Positions 1-9,235 of a stretch of 64,000 nt of DNA are shown one piece after another (positions within the stretch are counted from its first letter, which is position 1; each line of letters opens with the position of its first letter). The stretch is from positions 32,001 to 96,000 of the IMG/VR virus record IMGVR_UViG_3300032007_000006. One strand, written 5' to 3'. Made by a program: the position numbers and the translations under genes. This DNA is from a virus. Its lineage: Duplodnaviria; Heunggongvirae; Uroviricota; Caudoviricetes. The notes beneath the pieces were generated by a model. It did no database searches and was not told the DNA's origin. It saw nothing but the letters and a program-made list of their open reading frames with translations.

Positions 1-254
1 TCGGCACCAAGTGCTGTAAAGAATTCATTTCCTGGAATTTCAACACCTTCAACTATGAATGTAGGCATTTCTTCCTTGGAATATCTTGAATAGAAGTTTT
101 CAAGCACGACGGAAGAACCATCATCAAATTCAAATACAAGACTGTTTTCAACGCGATTCAGTCTTCCTTCGGAGGCTGAAAACTTCAACTCAATATCCTT
201 GTCGGAAACTTCAATCGACATTATGCCATTATTAGGCTTTGTAATGGTTTGCAT
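1..254 (-). CDS. Partial gene (runs off window edge); N-terminus resembles the N-terminal module of Desulfovibrionaceae giant T1SS/RTX adhesins
   Basis: Not in the ORF track; manual translation MQTITKPNNGIMSIEVSDKDIELKFSASEGRLNRVENSLVFEFDDGSSVVLENFYSRYSKEEMPTFIVEGVEIPGNEFFTALGA. GGAGG RBS at 264-268 and sigma70-like promoter at 356-384. Family similarity is recalled (LVFxFDDGSxVxLxNFY...KEEMPxF), not searched. Confidence 0.65.
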   Translation of the reverse strand, partial: MQTITKPNNGIMSIEVSDKDIELKFSASEGRLNRVENSLVFEFDDGSSVVLENFYSRYSKEEMPTFIVEGVEIPGNEFFTALGA

Positions 255-355
255 TGTATATTTCCTCCAATGTCGCTATTGGTTGAATTTTTATAAAGTA
301 CAGAAAGACATCACGACCTTTCTATGTCAATTTAATGATTTGAGCCATTTTTAAA

Positions 356-384
356 AAAATAGCACGAAATCGCGGAGATGTCAA
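356..384 (-). promoter_or_regulatory. sigma70-like (early) promoter TTGACA-17-TATTTT with extended TG
   Basis: Reverse complement reads TTGACA tctccgcgatttcgtgc TATTTT, upstream of the 254 gene. Confidence 0.6.
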
Positions 385-404
385 CCTGGATGTTCGTTTA
401 AGCG

Positions 405-410
405 TAAATA
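405..410 (+). promoter_or_regulatory. T4 gp55-type late promoter core TAAATA (representative copy)
   Basis: Same motif sits about 20-75 nt upstream of structural genes at 405(+), 5972(+), 13292(+), 16060(+), 19713(-), 19763(+), 23763(+), 27913(-), 34737(-), 36617(+), 41029(-), 42447(-, full TATAAATA), 43423(-), 45339(-, full TATAAATA), 51224(-), 51250(+), 52290(+), 53806(+), 56051(+). The T4 late consensus is TATAAATA. Confidence 0.8.
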
Positions 411-437
411 ACTAGATCTTCTACAGCAGCCACGCAA

Positions 438-3400
438 ATGGACACGACTTCTGCCACATCAACTCCTCTATCAATCAAAAACATACTGGAATCTGTTGCT
501 GATGCCAGGGAAAATCTGATACAGCGGCTTCAAGGTATCGAAGATAATCTGAATAAAAAGTACGGACAGGAAATTACTGCTCTGGAATCGGATTATACTA
601 GAAATACAAAAGCTGAGGAAGAAAAGTATCAGAATGACAGGCAGAAACTGATAAAAGAACATCCCGATGACAAGTCGCGTTTGGAAGAACTGGAGAAGAA
701 GCACACAGAAACTTTAAAGTCGTTTCAAGAAAAGCTGAATAAAGCAGTTCATGATGTCAAAAGCAAAGCCATTGAAGAGATTATTGGCGTAATTAGCGGA
801 ATAGACAGCAGACTTTCAAAAGATGATCTGACATTCAGTGATTTAGGTTATGTCCTTAATCAAATAAAGGCTGAACTTACAATTAATTCTGCTGTCAAAT
901 TTCTTAGTGAATGGCATGACAACATTCAAACCCTGTCAAAAGGTCTAAGTGACGATACAGGTTTTGCCGCAAAGAAATACAGCGAATTGAAGACGCTGCT
1001 TGCCAAAAGCGAAGAAAGCGCCAAGAAGGTAACGGAAGGAGTATCCAATGTTGGCGAGAGCATGGCTGAGGCGGATGCTCAATTTAAAGAAGCATTTGAT
1101 GGCATTATTAGAGATTTTGCGAAGAAAATTACAGAAGAAAATAAAACAGACAAAGATCTTCTGAATGCAATTGCAATAGCCCACGGTGGGGCAGAAAAAA
1201 GTCTGGAAGATTTAAAGAAAACATATAGCACTCTTGATGGTGTACAAGATCAAAAAATTGAAGGTGCTTTAAAGAAAAGCATTGTTGAAATGCTTAGAGC
1301 AAGACATAAAGATCTTGATAAAAACGAAGAAGCACTTGATAAGATTGCAGATGTATACATTAAGCATGCCCAGAGTCGCAAGAAACTTGTTAGCGCAGTC
1401 GAAGGTGCTGAATCTGGATGGGAGAAGGCCAGAAAGGTAAGAGAGAAATATATTGCCAAGGATACAGTTGGCGGCCGACTTCTTAAAATGATTGTTGCTG
1501 GTTCAAAGGCAAGCAAAGAGAAAAGAGGTTTCTATGCTGGAATGCGGGATTCCATAAAGGAGGATGTCAGAAAGGACTATGACAGCTTCTTTTATAAGGA
1601 TGCAACAGGGCTTTTGGGAAATGGTCGTGCTTATCTTGGTGCTTTTCTTGAATCATTATTTCTTCACAAAAGGAAGATCAAGACTGCCGAAAAGGATTTT
1701 CAGAAGAATGGTGAAGAAGCCGAACAGAAAATAAGACAAATTGCCACATCTGCAGGAAAAGTACAGCCTTCTATAGGAACAGGCGGAAATTCAACTGCAC
1801 CAGAAGTAGCTACTGGAAAAGCTTCTGGACATGCAGCCGGAAAAAGAAATATTGAGGATGGAATCCATGTAGTCGGTGAAAAAGGTGCTGAACTTTTAGT
1901 AAAGCAAGGTAATTCCGTATCAGTTCTACAGATAAAGCCTGATGTTTCGGCTCCAGCCAGCATTGGAGTGTCTCCAAGTGGAGCATCCCAGGGACAGTCA
2001 ATGGAATCTTCTGCCGAGTTTGAAAGAAAGCAGCAGGAGACGGAAGATCGGCATTCCATTGCAAAGCATACAGAAACTATTGTTGAACTTCTCCGCGAAG
2101 GAAATGAAATCGCAAAAAAGAAGGAAACGGAAAAGAAAGGCGGAGGAAGTCTGCTCGATAGTCTGTTTGGATTGCTTGGAATGTTTAAGCCTCTTTTGAA
2201 GAATCTTCTCAAGGGACTCGGAAAGCTTGGAAAATTCGGCGCAAGTCTGTTTAAAAAGGCAGGTTCATTGCTTGGAAGAGGGGCAAGGGGACTCGGTGGT
2301 GCATTGAAAACTGGTGGAAGAATGGGTTTGAATGCATTAAAAGGTGCTGGAGGACTCGCTAAAGGCATATTGGGAAAGCTTGGACCTGCCGCGATGATTG
2401 GAATGGGTTTGTATGATGCCTATCAAGGATGGAATGATGAAGATCTGCACAGAAGAGCATTTGGATTAAAAGAAGGAGAAAAGGCCAGTACAGGACAGAA
2501 GATTCAGGCAGGAATGGCAAGTGCTGGTGCAGGTATTCTTAATATTGGTTCTGACATAGCAAGTTTTTTTGGGATGGATAGTCTTGCCGAAAAAATACGC
2601 ATAGATCCTGCTACATTGGCTCAAGCCTATCAAACTCCACTAAAGTCTTTCGGCAAGATGATTACTGGTCTTACAGATGGAGTTCCAATTCTTGGAGATG
2701 CAGTAAAGGGACTAGGCGATTTCATTGATTCAAGTCCAATGCTGAAAGGTGCAGTGGACTGGCTTGATGATCATAATCCAACCAAGCTGTTGACGGAAGG
2801 AATTGGCTCGGCTGTAGACTGGATTAGTTCAGATCACAAGTGGGAAGATGTAAAGAAAGGATGTGGAAATATTCTTGGCACTATTAGTGGTGGCATGTCA
2901 GATCTTTGGAAGGGAATTACTGGCAACTTTTCAAAAACAAATGACTGGCTCAAGAAAAAGTCTGACGTTGTTTTCAATTTCATTAAGGAATACAATCCAT
3001 TGGCTCTAATCTTAAAGGGTTATGAAAAGATTAAGGGATTTGTGATGGAGAAGTATCAAAAGATAACTTCGTGGTGGGAAGAGAATAATCCATTCAATCC
3101 AATAATCAATTTCTTTACTTCAATTGGAGAATTCTTTAAGAGTTTAAAGCTCAGTTCCATGCTGGAAAATGTACTTGACATTCCAGGAAGAGACTATCTT
3201 CTTGGCTGGCTTAGAGATAAGGGACTTGCATCTGGTGCATATGTGCGTTCGTCTTCAAGAGGAACTCTTGCAGTCATAGGCGAAGGAAAGGAAGATGAAG
3301 CAGTTATGCCAATATCAAAACTGGCCAGATTTGCCTTGGAATCGTTTGATCTTCTAGAAGGAAGAATGTCTGGATTTGCAAATGCCGATACGCATCACGG

Positions 3401-5957
3401 TGATAGAAATGCAGACATGCTGGCAAACATGCGTAGAAGTCTGCGTGAAGAAAAGAAGCTTGACATTCCATCAATCCTGATTAGCATAGATGAAACTGCA
3501 AAAGACATGCAGAAGAATCTTGACTCTATCTGCAAAATGGTGCGTTTAATCAAGGTTGATGGAATAACGCTTGGAGAAATGCTTGATCACCCAATGACTG
3601 CCAAAGTTGGTGGTGTTGGACAGCAAGGGATGCAAACTCCAGGAGCCCAGGCTGGTGCTGGACAAGCACAATATGGAGCAGGAAATCCTCAATTGTATGC
3701 TGGAGACTCTCCAAGTGGCAACGCGGCTCCGTTTGTTGGAGGAAAAAGGGCTCCTGGCATAGGCGGAAGATATGGAGCCATTGCTGGCAAGAGAGATGAA
3801 CTGGTTCTTGCAAAACCCCAAAGAGCATTAAACGCTCGAGGAAAGCATATGGACTGGTCGCAGGCCACAAACAATCCAGGCAATGTTGGCAATACAGACC
3901 AGGGTGGAACATACATTTTCCCAGATTTGCAGTCTGGTTTGAAGGCGCAGAGAGATCTTCTTAAGGAAAGATATACAACAGATGGTAGAGGAAATCGTTT
4001 AACATTGACTCAAATGTGCCAGAAATATACTCCTACCTGCTGGCGCACGGCCCTGCCAACCTGGTCGAAATATTCTGGAATTGGAGTGAATGAAGTTCCA
4101 AATTTGGATGATCCTCAAGTGATGGCTAGACTAATGAAAGCCATTCACATTGCAGAAGGTAGTGCAAGCTGGGTATCGCCTGATGAAGTTGACTACGCTT
4201 TAGGCTTGAAGCAGATGCCACAAGGCTATCAAAAGAAGGACTACAGACAGTTGACTGAAAAAGGAAAGGCGCTTCTTGCCCAAGGTTCTCCACATGAGCA
4301 GACAATGAATCCTGCTCCAAGTCCTTCTTCCACTCCTCCATCATCTGTTATTCCACAAGCGCAGTTTGTGCCTGCGGCAAATGGTGATCCATATAAGCAG
4401 ACGCTTGTTCCACAACAGCAAAGTCCAGCGGCTAATCCAACAATGAATCCAGTTCAAGGTGGAGAAGGATTTAATGGAGATTCATCAAGTGTTATTAATT
4501 TTGGTTCCGCTTCAGCACAAAAAAGTTTTGATTCGATAAATCCAACATTTAGAGCAAGACTACTTGGTGCAGCTCAAGAATTTTTAAGTAAAACTGGAAA
4601 AAAGATTCGTATTAGTGGACCTCGAAGCAGCAGAAGAACTATTAATGAACAAAGTGGAATTAAAGCTCAAAACAAGGAAGGCTATGCAGCAGACCCTTCT
4701 TTTGATGCACCACATGTACAGGGATTAGCTGTAGATGTTAAAAAAGAAGATGCTTCGGCAATGGATAATCTTGGTCTTTTGACTAAGTTTAATTTGTCAA
4801 GACCGTTATGGAATAACGGAAAGGGAATTGTTGATAGAAAAGGACGTCATATTGTAGAAGAGTGGCATATTGAACCAGCAGAAAGACGAGTTAGCAGTGC
4901 CGCAGGAGCCGCGGCAAAGGATTCCAGAACTTTAATGTCCATTTTTGGAGCATCTCCAGAATATTTTGGAGCATCTGGAAAAGATTATTCTGGTTCTGGT
5001 TTAACTGGTAAAAATCCATCTGTTCCTGGATTGTCTAAAACCAATCCAATTCAGAATACTCCACCAATGGCGGCACAGAATACGCCCCCAATTGCAAATG
5101 TTCCACCAACACCACCATCCGGTGGAACAATGCAGCCAATGCAGCAGCAAGCACATACACCTGGAATGGGATTAGGCGGACAAAGTGGTACTCCACAGTA
5201 TGGTGGTGGAAATCTTGCATCCAGACTGCTTGGCATTGCAAGGAAAAATGCAGAAATATCCGGAGTTCATGGATATAGCAAAGGGAATCGTGAAGGCACA
5301 AATCAATTCGACTGTTCTTCATTTGTTGGAAGAAGCTTGCAGGAAGCTGGATACAATGTAGGACCAATTAGCAACTTTAATACGGGAACCATGGGTGGAA
5401 TTCTTAAAAATCTTGGATTCCAGTGGCATGATGGTCTTGATGGAGTGCAGCCAGGCGACATTGTATGGGGAAATGGCCATACTGAAATTGCCATTGGTGG
5501 TGGAAAGAGCATTGGTGCTTTAAATCCAAGGAAGGGTGTAGGCATTCATCCTTTATCCTGGCACAGATATACAGGCTACTGGAGAGATGGTGCAATTTCT
5601 CAAATGTCTCCAGAAGAAGCCGCAGTAGTTGGACAGACTCCATCAATTCAAGGTGGACCAAATCCTGCAATTCCAGGCCAAGGTGGCAATGTTCGCGATG
5701 CAATGGGTGGAGTGCAGGTGCCAGACATGGGACAGGCCGCTGGACCAAGTGCTGGACCACAGATTCAGGGTTCTCCGCAGGCCCAGGCCCAGCAGGCTGC
5801 ACAGGCCTACTATGAGTCTGGAGGTGGTGGAAACGTCTATGCTCCAACAACCAATGTTATGGGAGGTGGTGGAAATGCAGACAAGGGTGGAGCAACGTTC
5901 CTCACAACAAAGGATCCAATGAGCTGGATAATACTTCAGGGAAATACTGTTCACTAG
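438..5957 (+). CDS. Tape measure / baseplate hub protein (gp29-like) with C-terminal lysozyme-like, M15-type peptidase and NlpC/P60 domains
   Basis: 1839 aa with a long helical, G/L/K-rich region. Motifs: NNPGNV..IFPDLQSG (lysozyme-like); SRRT..Q...HVQGLAVDV..EEWHIE (M15/LAS peptidase); FDCSSFV..GDIVW..GHTEI (NlpC/P60). Lies before gp48/gp53. Confidence 0.8.
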   Translation: MDTTSATSTPLSIKNILESVADARENLIQRLQGIEDNLNKKYGQEITALESDYTRNTKAEEEKYQNDRQKLIKEHPDDKSRLEELEKKHTETLKSFQEKLNKAVHDVKSKAIEEIIGVISGIDSRLSKDDLTFSDLGYVLNQIKAELTINSAVKFLSEWHDNIQTLSKGLSDDTGFAAKKYSELKTLLAKSEESAKKVTEGVSNVGESMAEADAQFKEAFDGIIRDFAKKITEENKTDKDLLNAIAIAHGGAEKSLEDLKKTYSTLDGVQDQKIEGALKKSIVEMLRARHKDLDKNEEALDKIADVYIKHAQSRKKLVSAVEGAESGWEKARKVREKYIAKDTVGGRLLKMIVAGSKASKEKRGFYAGMRDSIKEDVRKDYDSFFYKDATGLLGNGRAYLGAFLESLFLHKRKIKTAEKDFQKNGEEAEQKIRQIATSAGKVQPSIGTGGNSTAPEVATGKASGHAAGKRNIEDGIHVVGEKGAELLVKQGNSVSVLQIKPDVSAPASIGVSPSGASQGQSMESSAEFERKQQETEDRHSIAKHTETIVELLREGNEIAKKKETEKKGGGSLLDSLFGLLGMFKPLLKNLLKGLGKLGKFGASLFKKAGSLLGRGARGLGGALKTGGRMGLNALKGAGGLAKGILGKLGPAAMIGMGLYDAYQGWNDEDLHRRAFGLKEGEKASTGQKIQAGMASAGAGILNIGSDIASFFGMDSLAEKIRIDPATLAQAYQTPLKSFGKMITGLTDGVPILGDAVKGLGDFIDSSPMLKGAVDWLDDHNPTKLLTEGIGSAVDWISSDHKWEDVKKGCGNILGTISGGMSDLWKGITGNFSKTNDWLKKKSDVVFNFIKEYNPLALILKGYEKIKGFVMEKYQKITSWWEENNPFNPIINFFTSIGEFFKSLKLSSMLENVLDIPGRDYLLGWLRDKGLASGAYVRSSSRGTLAVIGEGKEDEAVMPISKLARFALESFDLLEGRMSGFANADTHHGDRNADMLANMRRSLREEKKLDIPSILISIDETAKDMQKNLDSICKMVRLIKVDGITLGEMLDHPMTAKVGGVGQQGMQTPGAQAGAGQAQYGAGNPQLYAGDSPSGNAAPFVGGKRAPGIGGRYGAIAGKRDELVLAKPQRALNARGKHMDWSQATNNPGNVGNTDQGGTYIFPDLQSGLKAQRDLLKERYTTDGRGNRLTLTQMCQKYTPTCWRTALPTWSKYSGIGVNEVPNLDDPQVMARLMKAIHIAEGSASWVSPDEVDYALGLKQMPQGYQKKDYRQLTEKGKALLAQGSPHEQTMNPAPSPSSTPPSSVIPQAQFVPAANGDPYKQTLVPQQQSPAANPTMNPVQGGEGFNGDSSSVINFGSASAQKSFDSINPTFRARLLGAAQEFLSKTGKKIRISGPRSSRRTINEQSGIKAQNKEGYAADPSFDAPHVQGLAVDVKKEDASAMDNLGLLTKFNLSRPLWNNGKGIVDRKGRHIVEEWHIEPAERRVSSAAGAAAKDSRTLMSIFGASPEYFGASGKDYSGSGLTGKNPSVPGLSKTNPIQNTPPMAAQNTPPIANVPPTPPSGGTMQPMQQQAHTPGMGLGGQSGTPQYGGGNLASRLLGIARKNAEISGVHGYSKGNREGTNQFDCSSFVGRSLQEAGYNVGPISNFNTGTMGGILKNLGFQWHDGLDGVQPGDIVWGNGHTEIAIGGGKSIGALNPRKGVGIHPLSWHRYTGYWRDGAISQMSPEEAAVVGQTPSIQGGPNPAIPGQGGNVRDAMGGVQVPDMGQAAGPSAGPQIQGSPQAQAQQAAQAYYESGGGGNVYAPTTNVMGGGGNADKGGATFLTTKDPMSWIILQGNTVH

Positions 5958-5996
5958 TGCAAAATAAATTGTAAATAATTTGATTGGCGCAACGAT

Positions 5997-7049
5997 ATGG
6001 CAGGCGGCGACACAAATATTTTTGCAAAGTACAAAATTCCGGAAAATTTTTTTGAAATTGACGTTAGCGATGCAAATGGCAAAAAAACCGGAGTTAAGGT
6101 AAGAACTACTGGAAGCAAGTCTTTATACGGCAATGGAGGCATTCGTGCTGAACGCGCTGGATATACAACTCTTCAACCAGTAGAATATAAAACTCAAGTT
6201 CCTGTTGGATCATTCTATCTTCCATTGCCAGATTCATTTTATATCGCTTCGGACTATAGCTGGTCGGACAAATCGGAAGAAGGTCTAGCCGAATTTATGA
6301 GTCGTATTGGACAAGAAAGAGCGGCCGGACGCGATCTTGATTTAAAAACGGCTTTTGATGCCGCAGCCATGGGTGCTGGTCGTTCATGGATTAATAAAGT
6401 AAGAACCGCTTTTGCTGGAAAAGCTCCAGCCGGAATAAATGTTGACGGAGCTGTTGATGCATTTCTTCGTGGTGCTGGAGTTGCATATAATCCAAACAAG
6501 CAGCTTTATTTTGAAGGTCCATCATTTTCTACTGCTGTGTGGAACTTCAAGTTTGCTCCAAAAAGTGCATCTGAAGCTGCTATCATATACAATACAGCCA
6601 AGTGCATTTTTATTTTAACCGCACCTGGTGCTGATGGTAATAATACTTTTAGTCTGCTTGGTAGATTACTAACTGATGTGTTTAACATATTTCAGACTCA
6701 ATCGCCAGAAGAAGAGAAGCAGAGGAATGAAAAAGCAACAAAGGATGCATTGAAGGAAATGCAGGCCAAAATTGGAACTTTTGGATACATTTCATCAACG
6801 CAGCCAGCATTTTTCACATATCCAGTTCTTTGGGATGTTGGTTTTCATGTACCTACGAATTATGGAGCAAAGCCAGTATTTGAATGGAAGCGTCTTGCCG
6901 TCACTTCAATCAAGCTTAATTTTGGTTCAAACATGAAGTGGCATGCTGATGGATATCCAGTGCAAATGGATATGGACTTCAACGTACAAGAAACAATAAT
7001 CAGACATGCAGCAAACATGCCTCTTGTTATGCCAACATTAATCAATTAG
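5997..7049 (+). CDS. gp48: Baseplate tail-tube cap (gp48-like)
   Basis: FYLPLP, AYNPNKQLYFEGP, FKFAPKSASEA and DGYPVQ..MDFNVQE motifs; position before gp53. Confidence 0.8.
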   Translation: MAGGDTNIFAKYKIPENFFEIDVSDANGKKTGVKVRTTGSKSLYGNGGIRAERAGYTTLQPVEYKTQVPVGSFYLPLPDSFYIASDYSWSDKSEEGLAEFMSRIGQERAAGRDLDLKTAFDAAAMGAGRSWINKVRTAFAGKAPAGINVDGAVDAFLRGAGVAYNPNKQLYFEGPSFSTAVWNFKFAPKSASEAAIIYNTAKCIFILTAPGADGNNTFSLLGRLLTDVFNIFQTQSPEEEKQRNEKATKDALKEMQAKIGTFGYISSTQPAFFTYPVLWDVGFHVPTNYGAKPVFEWKRLAVTSIKLNFGSNMKWHADGYPVQMDMDFNVQETIIRHAANMPLVMPTLIN

Positions 7050-7059
7050 GGAGAAAAAT

Positions 7060-7647
7060 ATGCATGATACTGAACTTCTTCCTATTATAGAATACAATGG
7101 AGAAAAAATAAAAGACATTTCCAGAAGATTTGTCATTAAATGGATACAGTCTAGACATTCCAAGCCATACTGGTTTGAGCATAGGATGGAAGGATGGAAG
7201 TCCATTGAAAATGTAGCCTATGACTTCTATGGTTCATGCAACTACATATGGGCTATTATGGTTGCAAACAACATCATTCATCCAATTCATGACTGGCTGA
7301 AAAAGGAAGAAGAAGTAATGCGTCTGGCCGAGCAGAAGTATGGAGCGGAGTTTCTCAACTATCCACATCATTATGAATATAATGACATGAAATATACCAC
7401 TCGGCTCAAGACTCTTGTTGATGCCAGAAAGACAAAGGCCAAGTATGGATATGCAATACCTCAGGACGTCTATGATGCGGTGCTTGAACAGCATGTCAAT
7501 TCCGTTAATGAAATCTATGCTGGAGACATAAAGGTTGTTACCAACATACAGTATGAAATTGAACAAAACGAAAAGAAAAGAATTATCAAGGTAATATATC
7601 CTTCCATAATATCAGACATTGAATCAGAAATGGAGAAGATTTTCTAG
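7060..7647 (+). CDS. gp53: Baseplate wedge protein (gp53-like)
   Basis: ENVAYDFYGS..YIWAIMVANNIIHPIHDW, HHYE and EIEQNEKKRIIKVIYP motifs. Confidence 0.88.
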   Translation: MHDTELLPIIEYNGEKIKDISRRFVIKWIQSRHSKPYWFEHRMEGWKSIENVAYDFYGSCNYIWAIMVANNIIHPIHDWLKKEEEVMRLAEQKYGAEFLNYPHHYEYNDMKYTTRLKTLVDARKTKAKYGYAIPQDVYDAVLEQHVNSVNEIYAGDIKVVTNIQYEIEQNEKKRIIKVIYPSIISDIESEMEKIF

Positions 7648-9213
7648 ATGCCATCACCATTTGTCCCAACAGTAGCACGAAGTGGAACAGTAAAGATTGA
7701 AACGTGCAACATCATCAACATGGCCACGCAAAACGTGCTTGACATTAGAAGCATTGCTAGAAGAATTACAATCTGCAATTCGCTGGACGTGATGACAACT
7801 TCTGGATGGCTTGAGGTTCTGGATCAGGGAAATGCCATAGAAGAATATTCCATGAATGGACAGGAAATCCTGGACATCAGCATCACTTTAAATGCGGATG
7901 CTGGTTCTTCAGATTTAAACTCATACAAGAGGCGTTTTCTTGTCTATGGAATAGAAAACATAGCGGCTATGAAGGATCAAATGGTGTACAAGATTCTCTT
8001 CATTGATCCATTTGCCCTAATGAATACAGATACAAGAATATCATGGCATTTTAAGAATGTCAAGGGCGAGGACATCATAAAGAAGATTGGAGACATAGCC
8101 CAAAATGCAGTAAATGCTCCATATCGGCAGGCCATGTCAATGTCTTTTGGTGGAAGCGGAGGCATAAGTTCCAGTCAGGGACTATTTGACTTCAAAGCGG
8201 ACGTCAGCACACAGCATGAACTGGACATCTATGTTCCAATGATGAAGCCATTTGAATTGATACGCTATCTTGCCGATAGAGTTGTTTCAAGCGGAAATCA
8301 GTCCGATGGTGGAGACAACAACTGCTCCTGGTCCGACTGCGTATTCTATCAGGACAAGAATGGAAAGTTTCATTTAAACAGCTTCAAAAATTTATTCAAA
8401 AATGGAAGTCCAATTACGCTAAGTCAGCAGATTGCAGACAATGCAACGCAGGAAAAGCAGCATCTTATTGAATCCTACAGCTTCAACAAAATATACAACA
8501 TTCAGGTGGACAAGCTGAATGGCATTTATGGAGTTCAGTATGCCATTGCAGACTTCAAGCCAAGCACAAAGAAGGCCACGCAACAGTCTGTTCTTGGAAC
8601 AAGCATCATGGCCACTAGTGGCATAGATCAGAAAAACAACAGTCTTTCTTTAAGAAACACTATTGCAAGATACTTCGACAACAAGCTTGGACCGTTTTCA
8701 CTTTCCGATGATGGAAGCAGTGGAGGAAATGAAAAGGCTGGATTTATTCGTCCATGGCAGTGCAATCCAAGACAGCCTCCCTTGCAGTCTGTTCAGACAA
8801 CTGGAGAGCAGCCAGGTCAGCAGAAGCAGGCTGTTTACGAAAATCAGGCCGGAGCATTGATATTTCTTGATGCGTGTGGAATTATTCATGAAGATGACAA
8901 CACATACAACGAATACAAGCGAGTCGCGCTTCCGTATGTCAATGGATGCATAATGAAGAAGGTTCTTTCATCCTATGTCATTAACGTTGTAATGAATGGT
9001 GCCTTTGACATGGACGTGGGAAGATCATTTGTAATCAAGCTAGATAAGAATGAAGGTCCGAAGCAGATGGCTGTCTTTGTTGGGGACGTCATTTGGGTGA
9101 TTTCTGATGTAAAGCACGAATGGAGAGCCGACACTATGGAAATGAAGACATATGTCACTGGATTCAGTCCATTCCTGCGTCGTGGAGAAAAGTTCACCAA
9201 CGTGAAGAAATAA
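7648..9213 (+). CDS. Baseplate hub protein (gp27-like)
   Basis: 521 aa between gp53 and gp5; SGWLEVLD..NAIEE..MNGQE, CVFYQDKNG.FHLNSF and WVISDVKH motifs. Confidence 0.65.
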   Translation: MPSPFVPTVARSGTVKIETCNIINMATQNVLDIRSIARRITICNSLDVMTTSGWLEVLDQGNAIEEYSMNGQEILDISITLNADAGSSDLNSYKRRFLVYGIENIAAMKDQMVYKILFIDPFALMNTDTRISWHFKNVKGEDIIKKIGDIAQNAVNAPYRQAMSMSFGGSGGISSSQGLFDFKADVSTQHELDIYVPMMKPFELIRYLADRVVSSGNQSDGGDNNCSWSDCVFYQDKNGKFHLNSFKNLFKNGSPITLSQQIADNATQEKQHLIESYSFNKIYNIQVDKLNGIYGVQYAIADFKPSTKKATQQSVLGTSIMATSGIDQKNNSLSLRNTIARYFDNKLGPFSLSDDGSSGGNEKAGFIRPWQCNPRQPPLQSVQTTGEQPGQQKQAVYENQAGALIFLDACGIIHEDDNTYNEYKRVALPYVNGCIMKKVLSSYVINVVMNGAFDMDVGRSFVIKLDKNEGPKQMAVFVGDVIWVISDVKHEWRADTMEMKTYVTGFSPFLRRGEKFTNVKK

Positions 9214-9235
9214 GGACCATTTAAAAGGAGGAAAA

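Noticed and set aside
7645-7650. gp53 TAG directly followed in frame by the next ATG, suggesting TAG recoding or readthrough
   Set aside because: Conserved genes (gp19, gp21, gp23, gp52) end at TAG at their expected C-termini and none is interrupted by TAG, so the standard code fits
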